Part shown: one piece after another, positions 19,401 to 35,000 of the stretch
Position numbering within the stretch: the stretch's first letter is position 1
Layout of the letters: each line of letters opens with the position of its first letter
DNA from: Lama guanicoe
Lineage: Eukaryota
Reading direction: 5' to 3'
NCBI GenBank assembly: GCA_013239625.1
Contig: MU054466.1
Location: forward strand, 620,001-684,000
DNA: 64,000 nt
Program-made: the position numbers and the translations under genes
Notes under the pieces: model-generated
Database searches by the model: none
Told to the model about the DNA's origin: nothing
The model's input: the letters and a program-made list of their open reading frames with translations, nothing else

Positions 19401-20070
19401 CCGGCGGGAAGCAGGCAGCAGAAGTGACACTGGGCCAGGGACCCTGCTCTGCCCGCCTGGGTCCTCAGGGCCGCCCGGCCTCTCCTCCACCGGGGAAGAG
19501 AGCTGCTCCTTATCACCGGCCCAACATGTGTGCTCTGCACGGCGCTTAAAGCCCAGATTATTTTAACAACTGTCCCTCACTCGTCACCTGTCCTGTTTGG
19601 AAAACAGCCCCTTTCTTGTCGCACAAAGAGGTTTCTCTCGCTCTCCAGCAGCGCTGGGCGCTAATCTCCGGCCTGGAACTCAGGCGGCAGCGGGCACGGT
19701 GTGTGGGTCCGCGTGCTCTGCAAACACAACGCCCGCCGCCCAGCAGTCATTGAGTTACGGCGGTGCGGTGCCGGTGCCAGGAGCAGAGAGCCCTCTGTGC
19801 CTGCTGCCAACTGCAATTACCTCTCCGCGTGCCAGCCGCCGCCGGGCTTAACCCTTTCCACACTGGGGCGCTGGGCAGCCGAGTGGATACCGGCAACCGC
19901 GGGCCGGGGGCGCAGCCCACATCACAGTGCCGAGGGGGCTGAGCGGACAGTGGGGAGCTGGGGGGTGCCTCTCCCTGGGAAAGCCAAGGGGAGCCCTGGA
20001 GTCCTAGCAGTGCCTGCAAGGGCCCTTAGGCCAGCCATGAGGCCTGAGAGGGACGCATATGAAGCACCTA

Positions 20071-21189
<1,119 letters not shown>

Positions 21190-24100
21190 TTAGCCGGCGG
21201 CAGACCTGCCAGAGAGATTTGCCCATACCTCCCCAGAAAGTCTGGGGTCAGCAGGACCCAGCCAGGGGCCCCGCCCCACCCTGTGGGCCCAGTGGTCTCT
21301 GCCCACCCCCTGGATAGCACTGGGGGGTGGCCTTTCCCCACAGTAGGGTCTTCAACCTTCTCCCAAGTGTGGTTAACCGACTCAGCAGACTAGAGGACCC
21401 TATCCCAGGTGAGTGGGAGGAGAAACTGAGGCAGAGCAGAGGAAGGGACAGGAGGAGCCTGAGGAAGCTAAGGATCTGCTTTTAAAGCCCCCAGGGATTC
21501 TCAGGGTCGGGCCCTGACCAGCAACATCCAGACACGGGCAGCCAGCCTCCACAGCCTGCCCACTGGCACCCTCAGACGCTGTGTCCCTTCTCTGCCCAAG
21601 TCCAGTGGCCAAGAGTTACCATGGCGACTGGTGATTGCACCGGAAGGACACAGGCACACGCAGAGCGCCTGGTGGGTGGTCTGGGCTGCACTGCTCAGCC
21701 CCACCCTGGCAGGGCCCCCTGGCACCTTGTCACCTCCACTCCATGGGCAGCGAGCCTGGCTTGGACCTTCCTGGGGGATGAGGAGCAGGGACCTGGGGGC
21801 CTGCCATCCCCTCAGGCCCGATGTCGGGGCCTGGCAGGGTCTGCAGGGCTTCTATGGTCCCAGGAGGCTGCAGGCCCAGCCCGAGGTGAGTCAGGGCCAC
21901 TGTTCCCTGCCCAGGAGGCAGGGGGAATTTGTGAATTTGTGATGCCTCACCCAGCCTGGCTTGGCCCTGAGAGCTTCCCAGACAAGGGGTGACTCAGCAG
22001 AGAGGCGGCAAGGCCCTGGAGCAGGGGAGAGGGAGGGGCTGTCCCGGCCGGGACCCTGGCAGCTCCCCTCCCCACCCCTCCGTGTGTGAATGGGCCCTGT
22101 GGATAAGGGGGGCCTCTCCCGGACACGGGCCTCAGAGGCAGGGTCTGTGAGCCCTGGCTGGGCACTGGGGTGTCAGCTGACCTCTCTGGCGGGGGTCAGG
22201 CCAAAGGGAGACCGAGAGGACCGAGGGGCAGGGGGCGAAGGTGCCCAGGAGCCAGGGACTTCCCGGACCGCAGGGCTGGGACTGCCATGGGTCCTGGCCA
22301 GACCACAGGCACATCCAGCCAGGGGAGGGGACTCTGGGCTGGGAAGGGAAGTACTGGCCTCTCGGGCCGGCGGGTGGAGCAGGCGGGAGACGGAGGGCAG
22401 CCTCTGCTGGGCTCCAGGGACCCTGGGGGAGCCATGCCTGTGGGATGAGTGAGGCCTCTTCCTGCCTCGCCCAGGCCCACTCCATGTCCCCCAGGCCTTC
22501 CCACCCCCGCACCCTCCCAGGGAAGTCCCTCCGCCCAGCTCCTCCGGGGGATAGTGGGAAGCAACCAAGTCCAGCAGTTGGTCTGGATAAAGGATTTCTC
22601 TGGGAGCAGGGCCTGAGAACCTTGTGCTCTCCCACACCGCAGCGGGCGGGGGCGGGGGCCAGGCCCCAGGCCGGGCGGGAGAAACAGACGGCATCCCAAA
22701 GGGCCATCCGGCCAGAGGAGCCAGGAAAACCCAGGCTCCGGCAGCCCCTCACAGGGCCTCCATGCCTGAGGGCCCTGCAGGGAGGGGCGGCAGGCCACCT
22801 CTGCAGACCCACTGCCCACACCCCTGAGGGCCACCCACCTGGGGCTGGGGCAGGGGGGAAGCAGGCCGAAGCCCAGCAGGATGTCTGATCCTGGTCCCCT
22901 ACGCTGGAATCCAGATGGGGGCGGGGAAGCCGTGGGACACCTTCCCCTGGCCCCAGGAGGCGGATCCTGGCCTCGAGTGGGGACTCTCAGGAGTGCCTGT
23001 TTTGACACCATCCCAGAAGGGGGTCCCACAGCGCGGGAGCTGTGGGAAAGCAGCACTGCAGTTCAGCCAGCCCCAGTCCTGGCTCCGCAGGGGCACACCG
23101 GTGGCAGGCTGTGCTTCCTGCTACGCGCCAGCCTGTCTCTCAGCGCGGGGGGCGGCTCTTGGGGTGCTTCCAGAGTCCATGAGGAAGGCACCCTTGTCCC
23201 CGAGTGTGGGAAATGAGCCGGGGGGATGGTGCTCCAGCCCTGCCCCGCCCCGTCCCCTGGTCTCGGTCCCAGGCTCCCCAGGCCCCCCTTTGCTCAGGGC
23301 CTTCACAGCTGCCCCTGACACCCCACATCTCCCAGGCTCTCAGGCAGCCTGCAGGGCCCAAGGGTCCTTCATCGGGGGTCTTCTCCCTCGTTTTTCCTTT
23401 CATATCAAAAACAGAAGAACCTGGTCACATAAATATTACATATCTACACCTTCGCTACAAAACACACAAGGAAGGAAGCGGAGCTCACGGGAGCCCACTG
23501 CCCCGGGGCACAGCCACCGAGTGCTGGGGCCACCCTCCAGGCACTGGTGCATTTGCCCTGATGTTGCGCCACTGCCTCTTGGGGGGAGACCTGTGCAGGT
23601 ACCCAGGTGGCCTCTCCCTCCTGAAACCACGGCCCACGGCAGCAAGTCCTGCCTGGGACTCTCACAGTCCCTGAGCAGCGGGACAGCCCGGGTGGACAGA
23701 CACCGGGCAAGTGGAGCTCCGTGATCCTTGCCCCGCTGTCCTGAGCCAGAAGTTCGGTCCCACAGGCCTTGCCAGGTGGGCACTGCTGTGCCGGGGGATG
23801 GAGAGGGGGCTGCTGGCACCTGGAGCCTCCCTGAGCCCAGCCAGCCCCTGACCCTCGGACAGAGTGTCCAGGTTCTGATGTCACCTCCACCTCCAAACCG
23901 TTCGGCAATGGCGCTGTGCCCAGCCAGCAGAGGCGCAGGCAGGCCTGGTTGCCACCTCTCCAGCCCCCGCCTGCCGCCCGGTAGCCAGCCCCAGACAGAG
24001 CCTGAGCAGAGGCGGCCTGGGCCCCGGCCAGGGCTGGAGCCGCGCAGCCAAGTCTGGCCGGGAACTGGGCTGGAGGCTTCTTTCCTCTTGGCAAGGTCCT

Positions 24101-27100
24101 TGCCCACGGAGTGCTGCGGTCAGCGGGCCGGGAGGGGACAGTGGGAGCCCCAAGCAGCAGGGAGGACCAGAGGGGCTCTCTGCCTGGAGCCCCTGGGCTG
24201 GGAGCCCCGATCCTGGCACCGTCTGCGCTAGCCCTTCTCACGGGAGGCACTTTGCCGACCTTGTACTAATCCAGGTCACCACATCCCAGGTGGTGGGCCC
24301 ACCACGGGGCTGACAAAGAAATGGGCACCATTAGTGCCAGCCCCGCAGCCCCGGGTGCCCAGGCTGGGGTTCGGATGAGGCCTGTCCATCCAAGGCTGCC
24401 CTGGGCTCTCCAGTGAGCATGCCCGTGGTGGCCAGTGCCCTGCATTATCTACGGACGCTCATCCCAGCCACCTGGCACAAGTTTAGTGCCACCTTGGGAC
24501 AGGGACGTGAATGCTGGGTGAGGTGACAGCAGGGCCACCGAGGGAGGCCACTCGGTGTGGGACACCAGCCCCCAGCCAGTCATCCCCACTGCCCGGCCGG
24601 CCCAGGCCAGGGTTTGCGGCCCCAGACACAGGGCTCCAGCCCCAGCTCCAGGGCCGCCTCAGCTGTGCCCAGGACACCACGGAGGCCTGGCCCGGGTGCC
24701 CAGCTGGCTGAGAAAATCGCTCCGGAAGCCAGAATGCCCGGGAGGGCTGGCTGACACCCCCCAATCCCGCTGCAGCCCAGCTCCTCAGGCACAGCCCCAC
24801 GGCCCACCCGTTCCCACGCCCCAAGGCCCAGACAGCATGGGGCGGGAGACGGGCCATACCTGGACCCTGGCTGGGCAGCTCCCTCCCTCCCAGCTGCTCC
24901 AGCTGGGCAAAGCCGGGTCGGAACGCCTTGACACCCCGAGAGGACAGAGCCGGGTTGGGACGCCTCGACGCCTCAAGAGCCCAGCCCTTGCTCCCAGGGC
25001 CGCTGTGGCCACAGCAGAGGCGACGTTACGTGGCCAGGCAAAATGAGGGGAGGGGCCGTTCTCTGCCCACCTGTTTGCCAGGCCCACCTGCTATAGCTGA
25101 GATGGATAACAGATGTTGGGCAGCCCCAAGGGGCGCTGGGGGGCTCCCGTCTTGGAGCCCAGGTGCTGCCCTGGGGAGCCTCCCGTCCAGGGAGGGTGTG
25201 ACTGGCAGCAAGGCTGGCAGCCCCCTGCCTCGCACCCCAAGGGTGAGGGGCAGCACGCCCGAGGCTGGGCCTGGACGGAGTCAGGCTGGGAGGGCCGGGA
25301 GGAGAGAAGGGCCTTGGGGAACCGGGGGGAGAGTGAGCCAGAGCACAGAGCCACAGCAGAAAGAGCATTTGTTTTGACTTAAGTGAGCCACCAAGACAGC
25401 CTCCTCCCTTTCTGGAAACAGACACATGGGTTGTAAAAAAAAAAAAAAAAAAAGGCCTCATTGCGAGGCTGGAGGCCGCTCCTGAGAAGCCAGCCCCTTC
25501 CCAGGCTCCGGGCGCTCCTGCTGCTTCCGGAAGCCCAGCTGACGGGCTGCTGGCACCCGGCTCTCCGGCGCTGCGGCTGGTGCCCGCACCAGCTCCCACC
25601 CTCCCTCTCACACCTGCTCAGGCTCCCCACCTCCTCCAGCCTCCTGCAGAGCCTGCCTGGGTGCTGGGGACACCCGGCTCCCCTGGGACCCTCCCTGGGT
25701 CTCCCCCAGGACACCTGGGGCAGCTGAGACACTGCAGTGATGGGTGGCCTGCCTGGGGAGGGGGCCAAAGACCCCTCCCATGCTGAACCAGACCCCAGAG
25801 GGGGAGAGTGGAGGGGAGGAGGAGACAGGAAGGATGACGGCCCACCACATGGACTGGCCCACATTCCTCTCATTCCGGGAGAGGGAGGGGGAGGGAGGAT
25901 GTCCACCCCGGATGTCCTGCGTGGACCAAGGTGGAGAGGCCTCGGTCCAGCCTGCTGGCAGGCCGGTGGGCGTCCACCCATCTGACCACCCAGGAGAAGG
26001 ATGTTGGGGAGGGGGACTGGGATGGGGATACCAGGCCCTGGTGGGAGGGGCCCCACTCTGGGACTGCCCACAGGAAACCCAGACCAACTGCAGCTGGGCC
26101 ACAGAGGCCACGCCCCACTGCCGCCCACCAGACCCACTGTGGGAGGACATGGGTTTGCGGGCTCAATCCCAGGTGACACCCAGGGACATGCGCCGCTGGG
26201 CTGGAACCCACCAGTGGCCCAGGCATGAGATAATGTGTGCTTGTGCGTGTGGGCACAGAGGTGGCCGAGGGCTGTGTGTGGGCGCTCGGGGGTGTGTCTG
26301 GGTGGGGACCATGGTGCTAAGTGTACACCCAAGCTACAGTTGTGCACGCAGGTCTGGGCTGTGGGCTCTGAATGTGCACAAGGTGGAAACTTATTCTCCT
26401 GCGAGGGGGTAACATGGCCCTCGAAGACGCTGCTTTGGGGTCATGCTCCCCCTGACTGGCCTGGACCCTAGAAAAGGCTCCCAGCCTTTGGCTCTGTCTG
26501 ATGCCCGTGGTGACAAGGGAGGGGCAGCAGACCACCAGGCCACTCCCTCCTTTTCAAGTCTGTACCGAACTGCTGCTCCAAGACCTCTGACCCCTGAGCT
26601 CCTGCCCGCCCCAGCCCAGATGCTCAAACTCCAGCCACCTGGACCTGAAAGCGGGTCCAGCAGTCGTGTGGATTCTGGGAGCAGCCGGCAGCCCACATGG
26701 CTGGGGCCACCCCCGCACAGGCAGCCCGATCCCCCTCCGATCTGGGAGTCCCTCCCCGCAGGGCTAGCCCGACCGGGCAGGCTCTCCAGGACCCACAAAC
26801 GGTCTGGATCTGGGGCAGTTCCCTCTGGCCACGAACTGGTGGCCTCCAGACGTTGGCCTGTCTGGACGGCCTCACCAGACTCGGAGCCTGCCCTGCTTCA
26901 GGCCACCCCTCTGCTACCACAGCCCCGAGGTCCCCGGGGCGCTACCCGATGACCCCAGCTGCCATCCATGGTTCTGAGACGGTGGCTGGGCACAGGGAGG
27001 CAGGGAAAACAGAAGAAAAGGAAGAGGCTGGAGGCAGGACGTGAGGGCTGCGGAGGGGGGCAGAGGGGCCAGAGCGCCAGGCCGTGGGCGAGCCCCCACC

Positions 27101-28274
27101 AGGCCAGCCATGGGGTGGGGGGCAGCCCCAGTGAGGCGCACCTGCCTGGAACCATCAGCCCGGCACATGGGAAGCCCCTCTCTGCTGGCCCGGGAGAACC
27201 TTCCAGAAGACCCGGTTGGCCCAAAGGCAGCGTCTCTCAGGCCATAATAGGAAAATTCTGTGGTCGCTGAGCCACCAGGCCCACAAACGCAGAGGCAACG
27301 ATGACAGGGGACAGGCCCAACCACCAACAGCCCAGAACTAATAAAAGAAGAGGAAAACCGGATACAAGTCTGGTTCTTATTAAAAGGGTAAATTTAGCCC
27401 TTTGGCTGGGGGCAGTGGGGAGCGGCCAGCACTCCCCGCTGGGGCCGCCCTGGGACTCGCCGCTCCCCCTACCCCACCACACTCCAGTCCCTCACACCCT
27501 CTGGGGTCTCCTCCTCCCCTCCCTCTCACACCCTCCCTGGCTGGCGGCCAGCACCTCCCCCTGCAGAGCACTTCTGAAGGCTGTGAACAGAAGGGAGGCC
27601 CAAGGAGGCGACCAGACCTGGCCAGCGCCGCCCTCTTCAAACCCTGCCAGCGGGAGGAGCGTCCTCACCAAAGCAAGGCTTCCCTTCATGCCATCTGAAA
27701 ATAAGCTGCAAGGGGACGGGTGCCCCAGTGGACACCGGGGCGCACACACACACCTAGAGACACCCCAGTCCCCTCGGAGGGACAGCCCATCTGGACAGGG
27801 TCAGAGGTGCCCACCCTGCCTGTCCCCTGGACCCAGGCACCCAGCGCCTTGAGCTGGCCTGGGACGCGCCCCTGCCTCAGCTGCCTCAGAAGGGAGGGAA
27901 GAGGGCAGCCGGGATGGAGGTGTGGGGTTGCGCCGTGCCAAGCCAGTCTGTTCACAAGGTTTGGTCTGGTCTGGCCACACTAGCACGGAATGGATCCCTG
28001 AAGGAACCAGGAAGGCCAGCCCTTCCCCATCCTCCAAGTGGACCCAGACAGCATAATGCTAGACCGCCGTCCAGTGGGGGTGACCTTCCTCCTCTGACCC
28101 TGACCTCTCTTCATTGGCTGCGCCGGGCAGAGACTCCATGGCCAGGAGCGCAGGAGACATTAAGGCAGGGAGAGGCAGGTGCTGGCTGGGGGAGGGCTCG
28201 CCACCATCCTGTACACTCCCTCATCCTGTGGATTCATCCATTTATCCTTGTGTCCCTCCCCTCCCCCCACTTAT

Positions 28275-28322
28275 TATCCATCCATCCATCCATCCTTCCT
28301 TCCACCCACCTATCCATCCCCT
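28275..28322. repeat. Degenerate (CCAT)n microsatellite
   Basis: atccatccatccatccatccttccttccacccacctatccatcc. Confidence 0.8.
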
Positions 28323-31300
28323 CTCCCTCCCACCATCCCTGGAGCACCCACAGTAGTTTCGTGGGTAGTCGCAGCCCCACATCCTGCCCCAGGTCTAGCC
28401 ACAGGGCCCAGAGGTTGGGCTGGCTTAGGTGGGCATGGGGGATCTGAAGACTCATCCCACTGACATCGAACAAGGCTGCAGGCTGCCCCGGGCATCCTGC
28501 ACCCACGCCCAGGCAGGAGAGACACCAGTCTGTGTCAGTCAGCCCCAGTGGAGCTGTGGGGCTGGGAGAATGCGCAGGGACAGCTGTGCACATTGCAGTC
28601 GCTACCTCCAGCCGCAGGGCCAGCTGCCACGCTGAGCTGGGAGAGCTCTACCTGGCCACTGCAAGGACTCAGGCCAGCTCCTGCTCCTTCGTGCCTGAGA
28701 AAGACCAGGGACCAAGGGTCTGACTCCCAGAATGGTACAGGCTCCATCCTGGAGTGGGGGCAGGAGGGACACCCAGGACCTCCACAGATTCACACAGATC
28801 AGCCCACTATCCTCCCTTTCTCAAGAAACTTCCCGAGTTCCTGCTGCTGTCTTCATTTCCTAGCCAACTGCTTCAGTTACAGTTCGATCCAGCCACAATG
28901 AGACTCACACTCCAGTGCTGCCCTTTTAAGGAGAACAGCCCTCCCCAACTCTATCTCTCAAGACTCAGTATACACCCAGCCTCCTCCACAAAACTCAGCC
29001 TGATCACCCCTCTTCACAGTGCAGGTCTTCACCTTACAGCTTTCCACCGCTATGAGACCCTCCATTCCGCCCCAGGCCACGCCTCCAAGCACCCGTGCAC
29101 CTCCAGCCACGTGGGGGGTCCCAGGCTAGCCCACAGTCCTGGGAACCCAGCCCCGTGGAGGAATCAGGGTAGGAGGAGAGAGACAGGAAAGAAACAGGGA
29201 GGAGCAGGCTGGCTAGGGGCGCTGCACAGAGCAGGGTCACAGGCAAGGTGGGGCGGCCAGAGGGACACCAGGACTTGAGCCCTGACTCCAACACTCCAGC
29301 CTCGTCGGCACATGGCCACCCTTGGCCCTGGCAAGGGGCTCGCTCAGGACCGACCTCCCACCCTCAGGGCTTTGCCCCAAGGGCCCCTTGAATGGGAGTG
29401 ACCAGCAGGAAGGGCAGGGAAGTGGAGAGAAGCCCAGGGCAAAGGTGCAGGCCGAGAGGAGCCGGGGCGCGGAGAGGAGAGCCCCCGTGGTGAGCCGCAG
29501 CACAACTGCTCTGTGCGCAGAGGGACACAGGACGCGGGGTGCGGGGCCTTGACTGATGTAACACGCTGCTTGCTTCTCAGCAGGACTGCCCGGCCCTGCT
29601 GCGGGTGCCCGGGGCTGCCCGCCAAGCCCCTGCCCAGCCTGCCCGTGAGGAGGCCCGGGTGCGCTGCGGAGAGAGCAGGCGCGATGCGTCCAAGAGATGC
29701 AGAGGAGGCCAAATCACCGAGGTGGGCCCTGGGGGGACCAGACCGCGGGCCGCACAACACCCAGAGCCAGCGCTGCCAACTCACTCCCCGCAGAGCGGGG
29801 TGGGGGGCCTCTCCCAGCACAGACCTCCCGGGAACCCACCTTCTGACGGGCCACCCCTCCGCACGACGTCCCTGCCTTCTGAGGCTCTCAGCAGACCTGG
29901 CCTCCTCACCTGAAGCGGGAAAGGCCTGGCACCGGGGCGGCCCTTCGCTCCTGGTGGGAGGAGCACGCAGGGGGAAGCCTGCTGGGTGGTGGGGATCCCC
30001 TCATGCTGCGCTGCTGGGGGCAACCCTCCCACCCCTCTGCGAGTGGGAGATTGGGGGGCAGGGGTGCAGCTGGGGCTCTGTAGCCCCGCAGTTTCCCTAA
30101 CAGCTGAGCTGCCGTGACAAGCAACTCTGCCCCCTTTGAAGCACAGAGATAACACTGTAGCCTCTAAAGACACACGGCACGTGCAGGAAGCAAGCCTCCA
30201 GGCTTCGAGGTAAAACCACGGTGTTTCTGGGAATCCTCCAGGGGACCAGGGTGAGGGGACCTGTTTCTGGGGTGGAAAAAGTGCACCCCACTCATCTGGG
30301 GGCCCCCAGGACACAGAAGCGGCCCTGGGGCAGGATGGGACAGCTCCCCGAATGGGGAATGAGTGACAGCCAGTCCAGGGGAGCTAGAGGGGGGCCAGGC
30401 TCGGGGAGGCCCAGTGGAAGCTCCCAATGGAGAGGAGACCCCCCGCCCCACAGGTCCCCCACAGCCTGGGCCCCCAGCCCCCAGCTCAAGGCGAGCCGGG
30501 GCAGCTGCCGTTGGTGAGGGGGTGCTCCGGCAGAAGACCCGCCTTGGACCCCCCACAGGACGGCCTGTGCTCCCGAGTGGCTCCTTATGTGAACATGGGA
30601 CAAGCAAGGGGCCTTGCTGAGCCTCTGCCACCTGGACCCTACCTGCCCCTGGCAGGGGGCGGCAGGGGACCCAGCCCAGAGCCTGAGGACTGGCCCCCTC
30701 GCCCCAGTCACACTCAAGGATCTGAGCAAGTGTCGTGTGCAGAAGAGGCTCTGCTGCCAGCTGGCGGACAGGGCTCTGGGCTGGGCTTCCTGGGCAGCCG
30801 GGGTCCCCAGGGGGCACCCCCCACCACAGTCTTGGAGGGTCTGGAGACCTCAGGATGCACCATGACCCTCTGGCCACCTGGTCCCCACTCCCAATGGGGA
30901 GTCTCCATCGGCTTTGGGCAATCCAGGGGGAGTGCCCGGGTAAACCCGGGGCACCTGCTGACCTCATTAGGGCAGGCCACTGGCGTGGGGAGACCGGACG
31001 AGAGTGCTGCCCAGACCGGACAGCACAAAGACCTCAGTCACCCAAGCCACAGCCCGAGCCCAGAGCCCCACCCAGAGAATGAAATTCTAACCCGGCTCAT
31101 CCGTTAGACAAACAGCTACTGAGTGGCTGCAGCGTGCAGGGTCACACACCCTCACCCTGGAATCCGAGGAAGCCACAGGCTGCCTGGGCACCCTGGCCTC
31201 CGACAGTGGCCCTCAGACCTCTTGGTGACCCATGCTGGCCCTGTGGCTGCTTGGGGCCATCTCCCTGGCCTGTTCATGGCCTGTCTCGGAGCAGACGTCT

Positions 31301-31669
31301 GACAGCCATGGACAACAATGCCCGCCAGCAGAGGGCAGGTCGCATTTGTCTCGGGGGGCCCTCCACCGAGTGGGGACCAGCCTTTCAAAGAGGACAGGCC
31401 AGAGTGGAGTCGCTAGCAAGGAAGTGATGACAGTCCTGGAGCTGGACATGAGGGGACAGATGCTGGGTGAGAGAGAAGGTGCTTCCAGTGGTTCAGCCAG
31501 GTCACATGCAAGGGTCAGCAGGGAGGAGAGGGACCACCCCAGTGTGCCCAGCCAGCCAGCAGTCAGAGGACAGGGAGGAGCCAGGCTTTGGAGGGGACCT
31601 GGGCAAGGTCAGCATACAGGGGCAGCTATAGCCACAGGTCAGGTCCAAATGGACCCTGCCCCTAGTGGG

Positions 31670-32067
31670 GTCAACCTTGGGCCCCCAATGACCTCTGAAC
31701 CCTGGTATTCATGCCTTTATTGAATCCCCTTCCCTTGAACATGGGTGGGACTGGACTCACTTCTATGAATAGAACACCGCAAGAGTAAGGGGACAGCCCT
31801 TTGGAGATGAGGTTATAAAATGACTACAGTAGCCCAACAGAAGGTCCCCAGGGAAGGAACCCCTGTCTCCAGCCAGCCACCAACAAGGACCTGAGGCTTG
31901 CAAAAGTCACATGGAGGAGCTTGGAAGGGGATCCCCCACAGCTGCAGCCTGGATTGACACCCTTACCCAGATTCCCACTCCCCAGAAACTGTGAAGTGAT
32001 GACAGTTTGCTGTTTTGAGCTGCTAAGTTTGGGACGATCTGTTACACAGCAATAGCTAACCAATACA
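31670..32067 (+). mobile_element. ERVL-MaLR solo LTR (MLT1 family)
   Basis: Characteristic 3' end tgttttgagctgctaagtttggg..tgttacacagcaatagctaaccaataca; 5' boundary approximate. Confidence 0.8.
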
Positions 32068-35000
32068 TAGAGAAGCAATGGGATGGGATGGGGGGTGGTG
32101 CAGGGGGAGAATTTACAGTGGAGCCTAGAGCAGAGAAGGAACCTTCAGGAAGGTCAAGGAAGGACCAAGAGGGAGCAGATCTGCTTCTGCAGGAAAGTCA
32201 GAAACCCAGGTTTATGTGTGAAGTTCTCCCAACCTGGAAGGCAGCCCTCCAACCCCCGAGACCCAGACACGCAGAGGCACCCTCAGCCCCCATGTCACGG
32301 AGCCAGTTTCCCTTTCAAGCCAAGCCCGGGACACTTCAGCCCTTGACTACTGTGCGGACAAGCAGCGTGGAGGTCCCTGCTAACCCTGTCTCCCCCGCTC
32401 TTTGTTCGACACCCTACGGACTATTTACACACCTCCCACACAAGAGCCCTCCGGACTCAATAATTTTGAATTTCTACTAAGGATTTATCATCAAGTCTGC
32501 AATGCTTTATAAAGGACGGGAGGGCCTCATGTGCACCTTCCCAACTTTTCTTGGTTTTATATGTATTCACACTCATTAAGGGCCTTTTAAGAGTTCCCCC
32601 AAATGATGCGTTACAATTTAATTTAGATTTAATTTTAATATTAATTTAAAACAAATTAAAAGCTTATTTTTAGGAGACCCAAAGGGATGCAAAAAGTCTC
32701 AAAAAGGGGGCTGGCCTCAGGCAAACTGCCCTGGAGTGACCTGCTGGCCGGGAGTGTGGCAGGCAGGCTGGACAGGGCAGCTGCCCTGCTAAGCAGACCA
32801 GCGTGTCCTGTGGGAGCACGGAGTCCGGCTCCTTCCCCTCTGTCCCGTGCAGGGCGATGAGGGCTGTGCACACACCCTTCTGCACGGCGCCGTGAGGCCA
32901 GGAGGCTGGCGGGAGCCCCGGTCCTGTCCTCCTCGCAGCCACATCCAAGCCTCGGTCCTGAATCCCCTGCCTGCCCGCCCGCCAGGGCCCTATGGGGAGT
33001 GATGGAGGAGGCATCTGGGCCCGAGCCATGCTGAGTGCAAGGCGCCTTCCAGGGTACAGGGACGTGAGTGCTGCCTGCCTGGGGGAGGGGAATGCCCGGG
33101 CCCTGGAGAGGTTCGGCTCATGGGGAAGGGCCCCGAGGGGGTGTGCAGGCTGTGGTGGGGGTCTGCAAGGCAGAGGGCTGTGAAGGCCTCAGAGAACAGC
33201 CAATGCTCTGGGGACAGCGGTGAGGCTCACACTGGGGCAGGCAGGCAGGCAGAGTGGAAGGGCCTGAAGTCTGAGTGCTGGCAGAGGACACACAGGTCCG
33301 AACTGCCGCAGCGGAGGCCGCACCTGGGGTCCCTCTGCACCCACACCAGAGTGGCCAGCAGATCTGCACGGGTTAGGACAACGGGCCGGCACAGCTCTGA
33401 AGCTGCCGGCGGGGACAGAGAGGCAGGAGTGATCTGAGGGAGGGAGGATTGAGCGGCAGAGGACAGAGCTGGCCAGCAGTGGATCGGTGACCCGTTCTCC
33501 TCCTCTAGTCACTGGCTTCCCACCGACCTCCTCCCTCCTCCCCGGCCTGAACTGAACGCAGGTCTGGGCACTGGTGCCTGTCTGGGGTCAGGGTTTGGGG
33601 TGCACAAAAGTGGGAGCCGCTCAGGCCCTGCAGGGCACACCCACGCTGGGGAGGGCTGGGGGCTGAGGACCAGGAGGGTGGCTCCGGGACGGATGGGTGG
33701 TGAGAGGAGAAACCCTCAGGCCTCCCCCAGAGGCTGGGACCTTGACCCGCCAGGCTGGCCCCGGCATCTCTTCACGTGCAGACAGGTAAGTCACAGAAGA
33801 AAGAGCAGCTGCAGAAGCAGCCTCCTGAGGAACGCCCCGGGGTCCTGAGACCAGGCCCGGGAGCTCCGCAGTGCTCGCGTACAGCCAGCCTCACCCCTGG
33901 CTCATGCAGTGTCCCTAGTGAGGGGGCACCCAGGAGCCTCCACTCCCCCCCAGGCCGAGCAGCCCGGGGTCCCCCAGCTCCATGTGTGGGTCCAGGACTT
34001 TCTTTTCCGCGGGGGCCTCCATGATCCTCCCGCTTTGACCCAGAGCCTCAGAGCACCCCATCCCCATGACGTCACACTCCGTGAGGGCCCCAGCGCTCAC
34101 CTCCCGGCGCTGCGAGCTGCCACCTCCAGCCTCTGGCCCCAGCAGCCAAAGCCCACACAGGCAGAGGGAAAGGGAGGCCGTGCAGGGGTGCGGCTGGACC
34201 CCAGCGCCCGGGTGCAGGAGCAAGGGCCCCCATTTCCTAACTCTGCGGTCATACTGAGGCCACAAGACAGCAGGACCTCAAGGCAGGCACCACGGAGAGG
34301 GGCTGGAGGGACTGCGACCCATGAGGGGGGCCCTGCCTGTTCCCAGAGGAGCCCCTCCTGTGAGGCCCGAGGTCCAGGCACTCTGGGCACATCCTGAGGA
34401 CGTGGGCCCCCAGGACCAGCTGGCTGGGGATGGGGAAGCCCGGTGGCACAGACAGCGGGGGCGGGGCACCCCTCCAGGATTGTGCCTGTCCCAGCCCTTC
34501 AGCAAAGCCTCCCCACCAGCTCACTTTAGAAGTGGGAGGCGCAGAGAAGCCTGCCCGGGACAGAGATGCCGCCCAAGGCGAGGGGCCACAGCCCCGCCCC
34601 TTGTCTCTCCCCCACCCTCATTTCCCTTTTGCTGGTTGCCCACCAGCCCCTGCCTGCACAGCCACCTCGGAGGGAAGAGGGGTGGGGGAGTGGGCAGCTC
34701 CCCCCCAGCATCTGTCCCTCCTCACCCTCCAGCACCTGTGGCCCAGGTGAAGCTGCCAGCGCCTGCCCTCCAATCATCGGTGCTCCACCACACACAGAAC
34801 CCCACGCCGGCAGCTAGGGAGCCGCCTGTGGGGGCCAGGCACGGGGCAGACAGGAAGCGGCCCCACCCGGAGCCCGGCCGGCCGCTGCTCCGCCAGGTCC
34901 TATCCCCACTGGCCCTCTCTGTCTGCTACACAACTTTACGTGTGCACCCAGGGGCCGGCTCCCAGGCCATGCAGGTGACGCCAGGCTGCACTGCCCAGGG

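Noticed and set aside
25405-25455. Poly(A) run / U-tract with a nearby AG
   Set aside because: No retroposon body or TSD and no matching donor; simple homopolymer
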